DNA of 64,000 bases. Origin: Adineta vaga. Its lineage: Eukaryota; Animalia; Rotifera. The notes beneath the pieces are model-generated. The model ran no database searches. It was not told where the DNA came from and saw only the letters and a program-made list of their open reading frames with translations. A program made the position numbers and the translations under genes. The DNA lies in the NCBI GenBank assembly GCA_021613535.1, contig CP075497.1, positions 558,001 to 622,000 on the forward strand. Reading direction: 5' to 3'. Below, piece after piece: positions 15,072-26,927 of the stretch (positions are counted from its first letter, which is position 1; every line of letters starts with the position of its first letter).

Positions 15072-15765
15072 TATATTATACTCTCATTCTCACCATCATG
15101 TCCTATATTCTTAGAATAAAGAAAAAAGCCATAGGAATATGACGAATAGTAAATAACCAGACAATTTGTTTTTCAATAATTTAATATTCCCAATAGAATG
15201 CCATTGTTTAATACATATTTAGATTAAAATAAATGTGGAAACTTCGGATTCTATCCGAAAGTTATGTGTATTCTAAAAAGTGTATGAGACTTAAGCTACA
15301 GAGCACTCTAAGTGTTGTATCAAGATTTTACAATGAGTAACAAAAGATACGTCCGGACAGCCGAGTATTGCGAACCCAAACGAGATATTGCTATAACGCT
15401 ACTTCCGAGAAAATTTCACGACAGCTTAGAGGGGCTTCATGCAAAACTCAAGAATGCCATCATAGTTTAAAACTGGAGAACCCAAGCGATCTCCGCGCCA
15501 TAGCATAGCATATGATTTTGAGGACACAAAAAGAATAATTCGTATTGTTCAGGTCGAAATGATCTTTTTCCATTAGTCAAAAGTTGACTTGATATAATCA
15601 CTTGGTTAGTCATATGTTCAATGACAAATTCAGAATATTATAATTTCATTATCTATATATCAAGTGACACGGCGATATGTAGACGCAATTAGTAGATTAT
15701 TTTGAAAATTATGGAAAAATTATTTTCTTTACTGTATTGATTTCGAAAAAAATTATAAAATACAG

Positions 15766-18700
15766 TTAACAAGTTTGTAAGTAGAGACTTAAACTGTCTG
15801 TTCCATTATTTATTACAGCAACATCTATTTTTCCATCGCGACTAAAATCAGCAAGAGCAAGTGAAGATGGATGTGATCCATATGGCATTGCAAAGAAGAT
15901 AATAGAATCAAATGTCCCATCACCATGACCAAGAAAAATCCCAAATTTATTATTATTATAATTCACAACGATGATATCTAACTTATTATCATCATTTATG
16001 TATCCAACAACAACAGAATAAGGTAATGATGATGAGCCTGTTGAATATGTTGTTTGATTTATAAATAAATTACTATCATTACCATTGAGAAAAACACTGA
16101 TAGCATCAGAACCAAAATTAGCAGTGACGATATCTAATTGAGTATCATCATTGAAATGACCTGTAGCAATAGAATATGGATAAGAGTTATTACCAGTTGA
16201 ATATGTTGTTTGATTTGTAAATGTAAAATTTCCATATCCAAAGAAAACACCAATATTATGAGTACCTGAATTAGCGACAATAATATCCATATGATGATCA
16301 TTATTAAAATCATCAATTACAAATGATCGAGATCGAGAATTGTTACCGGTCAAGAGTGTTGTTTGTTTCTGAAAAACGAGATTTTGATGTCCGAACATGA
16401 TAACTATAGATGCATCACCTGAATTTGCAACAACAATATCAAGATGATTATCATTGTTAAAATCATGAATTGCTAATGAATATGGATTGGAACCAGTTGT
16501 ATACCTTATTTGAGTAGCAAATAAACCCTCACCGTTTCCTAACAAAACACTTATAAAGCTGTCACCAGAATTAGCAACAATGATATCTAGATGATTGTCA
16601 TTATTACAGTCACCGATAGTCACAGATACTGGAAGAATACCAACTGGAAAGTTTCCTGGATCTGAAAAAGATCCATTCCCATAGCCAATGAGGACAGTAA
16701 CTCTACGTTCACCTACAGTAGTTGTAACAATATCTAGTCGATTATCATGGTTTAGATCTCCAACTGCTAATGCATATGGATAGATACCAACTAAATAATT
16801 TACTTGTTGAGAAAAAGAACCGTTTCCAAATCCAAGACAAATACCAATACTATTATTACCATAATTAGTAATAGCAAGATCCAAATGAGAATCATTATTG
16901 AAATCAGCTACAATTACTTGTTGTGGAGTGTAGCCAGTTTGGTTTCTAATTTCAGTTAAGAAAAAAGAACCATTACCAAATCCTTGATATAGATTGATAT
17001 TTTGTTCGAAAGTGATGATAATTAGATCTAATCGATTATCTTCGTTAAAATCAGTCACTGCGAGATGTTGTACGCTAAGCCCAGCTGAATAACTAATTGG
17101 ATCGAGAAAATTATCTTTATCCTTTGCTAAAAATATAATGAAACGACCTTTATTATCTCCAACAACTAAATCTAATCGATGATCAGAATTAAAATCACCA
17201 ACAGCAACACAAAGTGGACCAGTACCAGCTGAATATGTCGATGGATCTATAAAACTTCCATTCTCTTGTCCATAAAGAATACTTATATCATTGGAATCAA
17301 AACTGACAAGAACAATGTCAATAAAACTATCATTATTAAGATAATCTAAAGTCACATATCTTGGAGTTAAACCAACTGAATATTTGTGTGTAAGTACAAA
17401 AGATCCTGTATTATATGTAGTAAACATATTTATTGAATCACTATCATCATATGCAACAATAATCTCGGATTGTTCATCACGATTAAAATCACTGGCAGAG
17501 ATAAATAAAGGAGAAGATAATGAAGGAGTTTGATAGATTTCTTGATGAATAAATGAACCTTGTCCATTTCCAAGTAACATTCCAATTTGATTCGACGGAG
17601 CAGCAAGAGCTACAGCAACATCTAATTGTTGATCTCGATTAAAATCACCCAAAGTAATCGACGATGGATGTGAATTTATGTTTAATTGAATCTTCATTTG
17701 ATCATGAAAATTGACATTTTCATCACCAAACAGAACAGTGAGATCATCCGTACCATAGTTAGCAGTGATAATATCTAAATGAGTATCATTATTTATATCA
17801 TCGATCAACATTGATCGTAATTTTGAACTTCCACTTGATGCATAAGTTAAAAAATTTCTAAGAAGACCTTGATTATTTTGATATAATACTGCAATGAAAG
17901 TACTTCCTATATCTGTTACAACTACATCCAATCGTTGATCTTGATTAAAATCACCCATAGTTACAGCAGATGAAAGTGAATTAGTAAAATATGATAGTGC
18001 AGTACTAAACGAACCATTTCCATAACCAAATAAAATATAGATATTTGTCACATACTGACAAGCAACTACAAGATCTAGATATGTATCATTATTCATGTCA
18101 CCAATCTCTATGTATGATGGGCCACTACCAACTCCATATGTCACTTGTTTTCCAAAAGAACCATTTCCATAACCAAGAAAAACATTTACAGTTTGACTAA
18201 CATACAAAGTAACGACAACATCCATGTATGTATCATTATTAAAATCAGCAGTTATTACAAAATGTGGATAAACACCAGTTGAATATTTGATTTGATTAGC
18301 AAAACTTCCATTTCCATGTCCATACAAAATACCTATACTGTTATCCAAGAAATTGGTGACGATTAAGTCAAGATAATGATCATTATTGATGTCATTTATA
18401 GATATAAAACGTGGTCCACTACCAGTTGAATATGTCATAGGTGGTGCAAAAGAACGATTGCCATAGCCTAGAAAAATCCATATAGTGTCGTTACGATAAC
18501 TAGTAACAACAATATCTAATCGATTATCATTATTCAAATCATTGACAGTTATGGAGTATGGAGAAGAACCAGTTGGATATGTACCGTTAGTGGAAAACGT
18601 GCCATCACCTTTTCCCCAGTATATTTGCATATTATTACTATTATAATTAATAACAACAATGTCAACATGTGTATCATTATCAAAATCTCTAACAACTGCA

Positions 18701-20357
18701 TGTTGGGGAAGAGATCCAGTTGAATATGCATTTACTTTACCACTTCCAACCAGAAAGATTATCATTATGTTACTGCTGTTACTGATAACTATCAAATCTA
18801 ATATCATATCATTGTCTAAATCATGACTAATTATAAACTTTGAACGAGTAAAAGCAGAAATCTTTGTCGGAAGTTGAAAACCTTGAAAATATCCATGAAG
18901 AATATTTATACTTCCAGTATCATTATTAATAATAATTGCATCTAATCTTTGATCTTTATTTAAATCAAATAAAATCATAGAAATTGATGAAGATGATCCT
19001 GTTGAATTCATTATTCCATCTTGAAAATAACCACTTCCATTACCAAGAAATAATCCAGTATTATTCTTTCCAATACCAATAATAAATAAATCTAATTGAT
19101 TATCTCCATTAAAATCATCAATACCAATGGAATATGGAGAAGTAGAATCTGTGGAATAAAAGTTTTGTTTTGAAAATGTTCCTTCACCATCATTTAACAA
19201 TACACAAATTATATTCGTACCAGAATTCGTCACAACAATATCAAGTTGATGATCAGAATTAAGATCAGCAATAGCAACCGAAGTCGGATGTGAATTCATT
19301 CCAGTTGAAATGATCATTTGATCTTGAAAGGAACTATTTTGATTTGCAAAGAAGATTCCAATATTGTTTGTGCCATAATTTGCTATGATAATATCCAATT
19401 TAAGATCATTATTCAAATCTGAGGTTATTAATGCATATGAATAAGAATCATAGCCAGTTGAATAAGTCATCGATCTGAAATAGAAATCATTCTGATTTCC
19501 ATAGTAAATAGTAAAACTATTTGTACCATAATTAATCACAATAATATCACAAAATGAATCATTATTTATATCATTTAAATGAATGAAGATTGGTCTTGAT
19601 ATTCCAGTTGATAGCTCAATTCGATCTCTAAATGATCCATTTCCAAAGCCATAAAAAATTGCAATCGAGTGGGTGCCATAATTAGCCACTACAATATCTA
19701 AATGTAAATCCTTATTGAGATCATTAACAGCGACCATCATTGGATTTGATTGTATGCCAGTTGAATAATGAACTTGTTTTGAAAATGATTCATCAATTAA
19801 ACCAAAATAGATATCAATTTGATTAATAATCGAATTAGCAATAACCATATCGATCCATTCATCTTGATTAAAATCACCAATCGCAACTGATTGTGGACCA
19901 TAGTTATAGTCGATAGGGTTTGCACTTCGTCGTACAAAATTCAATTCACATTTTTTCGCTAAAGAAATCAAAGAGAGTTCAGTTTTTCATTTCTTATATA
20001 TCAAAATAACAAACTTTCAGGTTTTGGTGTCGTCAAAGAAACAATTATAACGCCAATTACGGTTATTAATATCACAAATAAAGAAAAGATTAGAAAAGCA
20101 ACAGATTTATATGATAATTTCAAACCGAAAATTTCTCTTCAAATAAAAAAAGGAAAAATGAAATGAATAGAAAAATAAGAAAGACTTACAAATGCCATGT
20201 AGGTTTAAATAAAGTAACTTCATTTTTCTTCTTTTTTATTTGCAAATTTCGATTTTGTTGACAATTCAATGAATTATCGATTGTTATTATTTCAGTCTAA
20301 ATAAGAAATTTTGAAATCAAATTCTATTGTATTCTTTGTATATCATACTTGATTCAT
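15766..20357 (-). CDS. Type II membrane protein with a large FG-GAP/VCBS (integrin-alpha-like beta-propeller) repeat ectodomain
   Basis: More than 20 repeats of P.S.A.GD(F/L)N.D..LDIVVAN...SI..G.GNG.F. Three small 5' exons (ATG 20357 MNQ / TEIITID...TWH / LEIFGL...TM...PKPE) splice in frame into the long exon at about 19958. Confidence 0.9.
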
Positions 20358-20849
20358 TTTCAATTAAATTCTCTTCAGTAATGCGTTCTATAAATGTCGA
20401 TATATATATATATATTTATTGATCATTCAGTCATAGGGTTATCTTTTTCTATCTCTTCTATAAAAACAAAGTACGTATTTTTATTTTGATCATATTCGTT
20501 ATTTTTTACCTTGAATAAATCGATAAATATCTTTTCGTTTTCTATTACTTTCTTCTAAAGTATGTGAAGTAATCACAAAGATATCAACGTATAATTAATG
20601 AATATCATTCTAAAACGTTTTCTTTCTCTACAAAATCGAAATACAATATAATTATTCACGTAAGTCATATTTGTTTTGATTTTCGTTATGTTTACAATTA
20701 CTTTGTAATAGGTATGAAAACTATGATTGTTGACATTTTTCTAAAAAATATTATTTATATTCGAAATATCGTAAATATAACAAAACAAAAACACTTCCGT
20801 TTCAAGTAAATGATCATAAATGATTTTGTTTAATTTTTTTCAAAATTCC

Positions 20850-21617
20850 ACTTGAAAATGTTTCAATGAAATCAATATGTTACTTTATTGTATCGATGAA
20901 CAAAATAATAAATATTAAATTCATTAATTTCAATATCAAAAACTAAATTTCGTTGAATCGAATTGATTTGATTATCCATTAATATTTGAATATTTATCAC
21001 CAAATTGAGAATTACGATAATCCAAAGAAAATATTCTACAAATAATTTTTCTCAATGATCAGCATAAAGACATATGTATGTTTTGATCTTGATTTGTACA
21101 ATGAACATGTAGAATTTTTAAATTCGAATAAATATTTTTCATAAAAGATTGAAATTGATCACAATCTAAATAATATGTATTAATCGGAAGATGAGTCAGA
21201 TCATCTAAATCAATTGGAAACGTATATTCATCATCGAGAATTGGATATGAAAGTTCAAGACGACGAAGTTTTCGTGTATAAACTACTAATTGAACTAGTT
21301 CAATAAATGTATATTGATGACCAATGGTAAAATATTCAATAGAAGTTGTTTGAATATTTAATGAAGAAAGACAAAAAGGTAATGTAGAAAAAACAGTAAG
21401 TAATGAAATAAGATTTTCTTTTTTAAATATTATCAACACAAATTGATTGAAGATTATTAAATAAATAATCAAGTTTGATCTTATATTGAATAGATGAGTT
21501 TGTAATTAATTGTTGAAAACGAGAATTTAGATTGAAAAATGCACAAATTATATCCAAATCATCGAGATAATCGATTATTTCATACAAGATTTCGTTCGAT
21601 AAATTTTCAATATCCAT
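20850..21617 (-). pseudogene. F-box/LRR-like protein pseudogene
   Basis: MDIENLSNEILYEIIDYLDDLDIICAFFNLNSRFQQLI F-box motif; frameshift between ORFs 21423-21698 and 21059-21472; further decay downstream. Confidence 0.65.
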
Positions 21618-22033
21618 GTTAGTGTTTTGAAATGAGATCAAGAATGAAGAATTATATACATATAGCGAGAGAGAGACTGATTTTCCTTTAACGGTCATTT
21701 TATTTCAAAAAAGAAAACAAAAAATACTGTTTATGATGAGTTCATGTAATATAAATGTTTCCTTATAGAAAAGTATACTTGTTCAAATTAAGATGCTACA
21801 ATAGCGTATGGTTTGATTTCCTAATCTCTTAATTTTAAATAATTATCATTAAAACTTGCATGGTTAATAAATCAATTATTCGAATATTTGGAGAATTTTC
21901 TCTTAAAATCTTTTATTTTTTCCAGAACAGATTCGATAAAATTGAATAAATCAGCTCAATCAGTAATTCATTGTTAAGAATTTGAATAGCTTTGATTATA
22001 TTCATTGCCTGTGTAAATAACAATTCATTTGTT
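21376..22033 (+). repeat. Segmental duplication, copy 1 (copy 2 at 44559-44872)
   Basis: 21376-21558 matches 44559-44741 and 21908-22033 matches 44746-44872, with scattered substitutions. Confidence 0.9.
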
Positions 22034-22036
22034 ATT

Positions 22037-22058
22037 CTTGAGGGTGTGGGTGTGGGGG
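22037..22058 (+). repeat. Telomeric-repeat G arm at the edge of the duplicated block
   Basis: cttgagggtgtgggtgtggggg. Confidence 0.75.
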
Positions 22059-23053
22059 TATCTGTATATTCTCTTTTTTCTTCACAGAAAAATTGTTCTT
22101 TAATTCGAGAAGAATCAGGCTGACTGAAGAATAATACATTTTGCCATTTTTGTCTCGTTGCAAACTGATGAGAAAAAGTACAGGATATATAAGAAGTTAG
22201 AATGATTTGGATTTTGCTTTGAGACATTTTTCCCTTTTTATGAACAACAAAATAATTTATTTTTCCTTTTTATGACGATGATGGTTTGCCAAGCATTCAA
22301 AGGCTTTTTCCCCTGTAATGGATTGTTTTTCTTTCTTGTAATGATTTTTCATTCTCAATGTTTTGCTTGGAAGATGCCCATTCTGTGTCAGTAAAAGCGC
22401 ATAGAACAGAAAACAAGAAATGTGAAGTTTTTCTTTCTGTTATAAAATGAGTGAAAAAAACACAAACAACATTAAACCATTTCATACAACAGCGAAAGAT
22501 TATGTCAGTTGTCTCCATCGTACTATTTCATTGTGGTGAGTTTTCTTTTGACTGATCTTAGAAATAGTAGAAACTAGTTGTTTCTAACCTCAATTATTGA
22601 TACTATGACTTGAATAAGGATCTTCGAAGTCGAGTTTTTATCGAACACCGTTGGAAGCAAACTAGACGAGATAGTTGTAGTCCAAGTGAACACATATGGC
22701 ATTTCGAGAAAGAAGACAATTTAGATCCAAAGAATAAGTTTTCATTACCAACAACCATTTTCTTTCAGTTTTGTCTGAGGATGACGGCTGGATATGTAAG
22801 TGTGAGTAAAGGCGTGTATCTGGATGAATAGTCAACTCTCACCTCACCCGCACCCTCATGAATAGCTATCAATGGTGTCTTTTTTCTTCATTTCTAATCA
22901 GGTTGCTACGAAAGTGACTAGATACTTAAGTGAAACTGCATAATCAGCCAACCATTTTATTCTTCAATTATTGCGAAGACCTGCGAAATAATATCAATTT
23001 TACAAAAAGAACTCAACACTCGTCTAAATTCATAATAGCATCTGACAACGATA

Positions 23054-23857
23054 ATGTGTGCCTACAAAAAGTCCGTATGTACTTTTCCCGGAGTAACTGC
23101 TATGAAAATCAGATATCAACAGCTCGAGATTATTGATGATCAAGCGCACATATTTGCAGATGTTATATTCCACGAATTATTACCAGATGAATACAATCGA
23201 TCAGTACAACAAGTGGTCAACAGCCTTCGACCATGTCCCACATCTTATTGGATATCGCGGCTCAAAATGGATAATCAAGTACTTTCATGCACAGCTACCA
23301 CTCAATATCACAACATTCGAGAATTCAAAGCATTAGAAGAACGACAAAAGACAGAGGCAGTGTCTGAAACTGCTGTTGTTGTTACGCAAAATGATCTTGC
23401 ATCTATATCGAGTGTCGAAGACGTCATCAAAGTAGCAGTGAAAATTTGTTCGGATTTCAGAGCCAATGAAGATGTTGAATACCATCCGACATTTAATTAT
23501 CACGTGGTTGAGGATGCTATATTGAATGTGAACGGTTGGGAAAACTTACGACTGGTTGATAATCGATACCAATCTGTTGAAGATAATAGTTGGCTTCTAG
23601 CACAGAAAGACAATTTACTTAAACAATTTCCATGGATGTCTATATTTAATCCTATGGATAGTCTATTTGAGTATGGTTTCAAACTTTTGACGCTGGCTGC
23701 AGATGCAAAACAAGAGAGTGATGAATTGCGACGAAGGATGTTGAGCAAAGCGCTGAAAATTCGGATAAGTCTGATGACGAAAAGAAATCCAGATCCTGGA
23801 CATACGTTTTGTATTGCAGTGCTTTTGATTGCGATATATCAATACAGAAGCAAGTAA
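23054..23857 (+). CDS. Hypothetical protein, probably the 3' part of a 5'-damaged gene
   Basis: 267-aa ORF with normal composition and no recognised domain; lies between degenerate inverted modules at 22775-22858 and 24083-24156. Confidence 0.45.
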   Translation: MCAYKKSVCTFPGVTAMKIRYQQLEIIDDQAHIFADVIFHELLPDEYNRSVQQVVNSLRPCPTSYWISRLKMDNQVLSCTATTQYHNIREFKALEERQKTEAVSETAVVVTQNDLASISSVEDVIKVAVKICSDFRANEDVEYHPTFNYHVVEDAILNVNGWENLRLVDNRYQSVEDNSWLLAQKDNLLKQFPWMSIFNPMDSLFEYGFKLLTLAADAKQESDELRRRMLSKALKIRISLMTKRNPDPGHTFCIAVLLIAIYQYRSK

Positions 23858-24082
23858 TACTAGGGGAACTAGAAACTTACTTATTCATTGCTAAAATAGA
23901 TGAACGCACACTAGACAATGCTGATGAATGAAAAATAAATTCTTCTTTTTACTCAAGACAATAAACTTTAAGAAAAAGACTTCCCTCGATATGTGCCATA
24001 TGTACTGTATCATATTTAGTAAAGATGTTCCGAAGTAGGTGTACGTCTTGAGAGGTGAGGATGAGACAAGCAGCCGTAACCA

Positions 24083-24156
24083 TCTTGAGGGTGTGAATAT
24101 GGATGTATGTCAGAATATATGATCTTCAACTTCTATCCTCGCCCACACCCTCGAGA
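24083..24156. repeat. Telomeric-repeat inverted module
   Basis: tcttgagggtgtg...cctcgcccacaccctcgaga. Confidence 0.7.
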
Positions 24157-24572
24157 ATGCATTATCATTAAATAATGAATTTATTCATAGTCTATGATAA
24201 ATAACTAATAGGAGATCGACTAGTAAAGCATTTGTAATGGCGAAAAAAAGTTCTCATAAATAAATTAATAAACGAAAGAAAAGCAAATATTATTTGTTAT
24301 TTCTTAGATTGTTGCAATTGATAAGAATTCAATGATCTTATCAATCGCATCAACAATGATAAAAAATTGTCTGTTTGATCAAATAACACTGATCCAGTGT
24401 TAAGGACGTTCGAGTGAGTGAGACTGAGAATGAGGGTTTTTTGTTTTTATTTCACTCTCATCTACTGAGTGTGATAAGCATAGATGAATGATATGAGAGA
24501 AAAATTCTTATGTAATTCCTAAAAGGACTTGGGTTTTGCTATAAAAATATTCGCCAACTCCCAAGCCAAATT

Positions 24573-24864
24573 CCCTCGACTGTAGGGAGGGCCTTATGAA
24601 AAAAAATAGTTTGTCTGTCTGTAGGTTTGTGTCAAGGTTCAGCAAAAAAAATCAGTGAAGAGAAGTCTGAAATCGTGGGTGGGGGTATAGACCTGGGTGT
24701 TGGGTGAAATTGATCACACGAAAAAAAAGTTAACATTCTGTATTCGAAGGCGAGTACATATTTCAACAGTAACATGAAAGCCGTTTTCTCGTATCTTGAG
24801 TTTCCAGATCAATTTATCTCACTATTGAGCCGAGCTGAAAATACCCGTCCTCCACAGTCGAGGG
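24573..24864. mobile_element. piggyBac-like MITE (292 bp)
   Basis: Perfect 11-bp TIR CCCTCGACTGT...ACAGTCGAGGG with imperfect extension; right flank TTAA, left flank AATT (TSD imperfect). Confidence 0.55.
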
Positions 24865-24959
24865 TTAAGTGAGTCGGCCCGATGAGCGTTACTTGTAAAC
24901 TGTTTCGATTCATATATCTTTTCAATAATTTTGAGAAAAAAATAAAAATAAATAAGAGA

Positions 24960-25277
24960 TGAGGGTGTGGGTGAGGGTGTGAGGGTGGGTGAGGGCGTGG
25001 GTGAGGGTGTGAGAGTGGGTGGGTGAGGGTGTGAGAGTGGGTGGGTAGTGAGGGTGTGAGGATGGGTGAGGGTGTGGGGGTGCGTGGGTGGGTATGGGTG
25101 AGGGTGAGGGTAGGTGTGGGTGTGGGTGTGGGTGTGGGTGTGAGTGAGGTCGCGGGGATGAGGGTGAGGGATGGGTGTGGGTGTAGGTGTGGATCAGTGA
25201 AGGCGAGGTTGAGGGTGCCAGTAATTAATTGATACAATAATCTCACTCTTGCCCACACCAACACTCACACATCCTCG
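24960..25277. repeat. Long interstitial telomere-like tract (mixed TGAGGG/TGTGGG) with a short opposing C arm
   Basis: About 255 bp of degenerate G-rich hexamers (24960-25217), AT spacer gtaattaattgatacaataa, then tctcactcttgcccacaccaacactcacacatcctc. Confidence 0.9.
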
Positions 25278-25315
25278 ATGTATGCGAGGATCGAGGGATG
25301 TTATAGAAAGACGAA

Positions 25316-25553
25316 TACTAGTAAAAATACCATAATTTACTGAAAAAAGAATATTTTATACTGATATCTTAATTATTTTACTGATCAAATGATTAAATTG
25401 TTGATCAAAAAATATATATCTACTGATCAGTATTAAATAATATACTGATCATATTTTGATATGTTTACTGGTATTTCCAATAAATTACTGATCAAAAAAC
25501 ATATTTTTACTAATCAAAAACTACTGATCATTTGATGAAAAAAATACTGATCA
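25316..25553. repeat. Tandem array of TACTGATCA-core units, period about 21 bp
   Basis: About 12 cores, e.g. at 25359, 25379, 25421, 25443, 25486, 25522 and 25545. Confidence 0.75.
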
Positions 25554-26084
25554 TTTAAATACAAGCCATTTTAATATAGCTTCTGTTTCGGTTTTTTCTT
25601 GTCGTTTTTCATTTTCAAGATCAACTTGACATTGATTCAATAATTTAAGAAAGAGTCTTTCCACATTCAATAAACTTTCTAAATATAAATCATCTATATC
25701 TAAAGCAATAAACTTATCCATACAAGATTGAGAACAGAAATAAAGTCCTAATGAAGAAACAGTTGTAGAATTATTTTCTTTGTTCTTCCTTGATATCAAT
25801 TTAAATTTTAAAGTTTTCCCATCGGAAAATTTGAAACACAATCCACATACTTTTTTTTTAAAAGATCGAGTAATAGTTGAGCTAAGTGGTAGGGAACATT
25901 CATGAACTATTGTATCTTGAGCAAGATCAGTATTGGCAAAACAACTACGACCACCATAAGTTGTTGATTTTACGGAGAAATAAGATGAGATGTTATTCAG
26001 AGAAGTGACATCTTCATTCATTTCCACTTCAATTTCAGTCGTTGATGATGCAACAGATGAATTTTGAAGATCTAAATGAGTCAT
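25551..26084 (-). pseudogene. SET6: N-terminal half of a yeast-type Set6 (SET/MYND-like) lysine methyltransferase, 3'-truncated
   Basis: ISSYFSVKSTTYGGRSCFAN...ITRSFKKKVCGLCFKFSDGKTLKFKL...GLYFCSQSC matches the budding-yeast Set6 N-terminus as recalled (ISPFFQVRQTKWGGRACFSN...FRKEVCHNCF...KTMKYKL...GLWFCSEHC). No NHSC or post-SET region; the frame ends in the TACTGATCA array. Confidence 0.75.
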
Positions 26085-26927
26085 ATCGTCCACTAAAATA
26101 GACACAACATTAGGGGTATATCATCGTTTATCTATGGTAGATGATCAATAAGTGATCCTTATTGAAATATACTGTTGGTTATATTTTTTTGGTTATCAAA
26201 ACAGACAAAATTAAGATTTATTATTTCTTTAGGTTTCTCCTCCCCCAAAAATCGATTTCAACTCAGAACATATTCAGATGGTATGACATTTTCGGACTGC
26301 TATTATTTTATCTCATTCGACTCGTCATACTATCTACTACAAACTTACGTACTAATTCTTTTTTCTTTTCTTTTCTGTGCCAAGAAAAATTGTTTTTCAC
26401 TGCAACCATAACCATTTGTTTAGTCACGAAAATTTCTATTTGAAATATAAAACCTTCGAATATGCCGTCTAAAATGGCTATGGTTCTAGTAAATAAGATT
26501 TGTCCTTCACACAGAACAGAAAAGAAAAAAAGATAGTGTGTAACTTTGTAACAGATGGTATGATGAGCCGACTAAGATAAAATACTTGCCTTCATCACTG
26601 ACATAGAAAAAAATCGATAGGTTTACGAAATTTGAAGCACCATCACCTATAGAGTTTTGCATCTTACTCTATTCAGTTTTATATGCTAAATATTAGAAAC
26701 ATAGCTGGAGATGACGTAGTGATTCTATGCGTTTCTTTTCCTGGCTCGGTTTCATTAGTAAAATTATGGATAGTAATAGAAGAATAGAAAACACAAGCAA
26801 GATATGTCAATATGTTTCGTTTTTCTGTATTTCTTGAGGGTGTGATATTTTGTCTTGAAATTATAACTGTCTCTATGAATTCAAATGCTGATTAAAATAC
26901 AAAAGATAAAACTTTATTTTTATATTT

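Noticed and set aside
24809-25264. ORFs rich in PTPT/HPHP/GVGV (also 12172-12438, 48499-48684, 9205-9537)
   Set aside because: Translation artefacts of the telomeric hexamer repeats.
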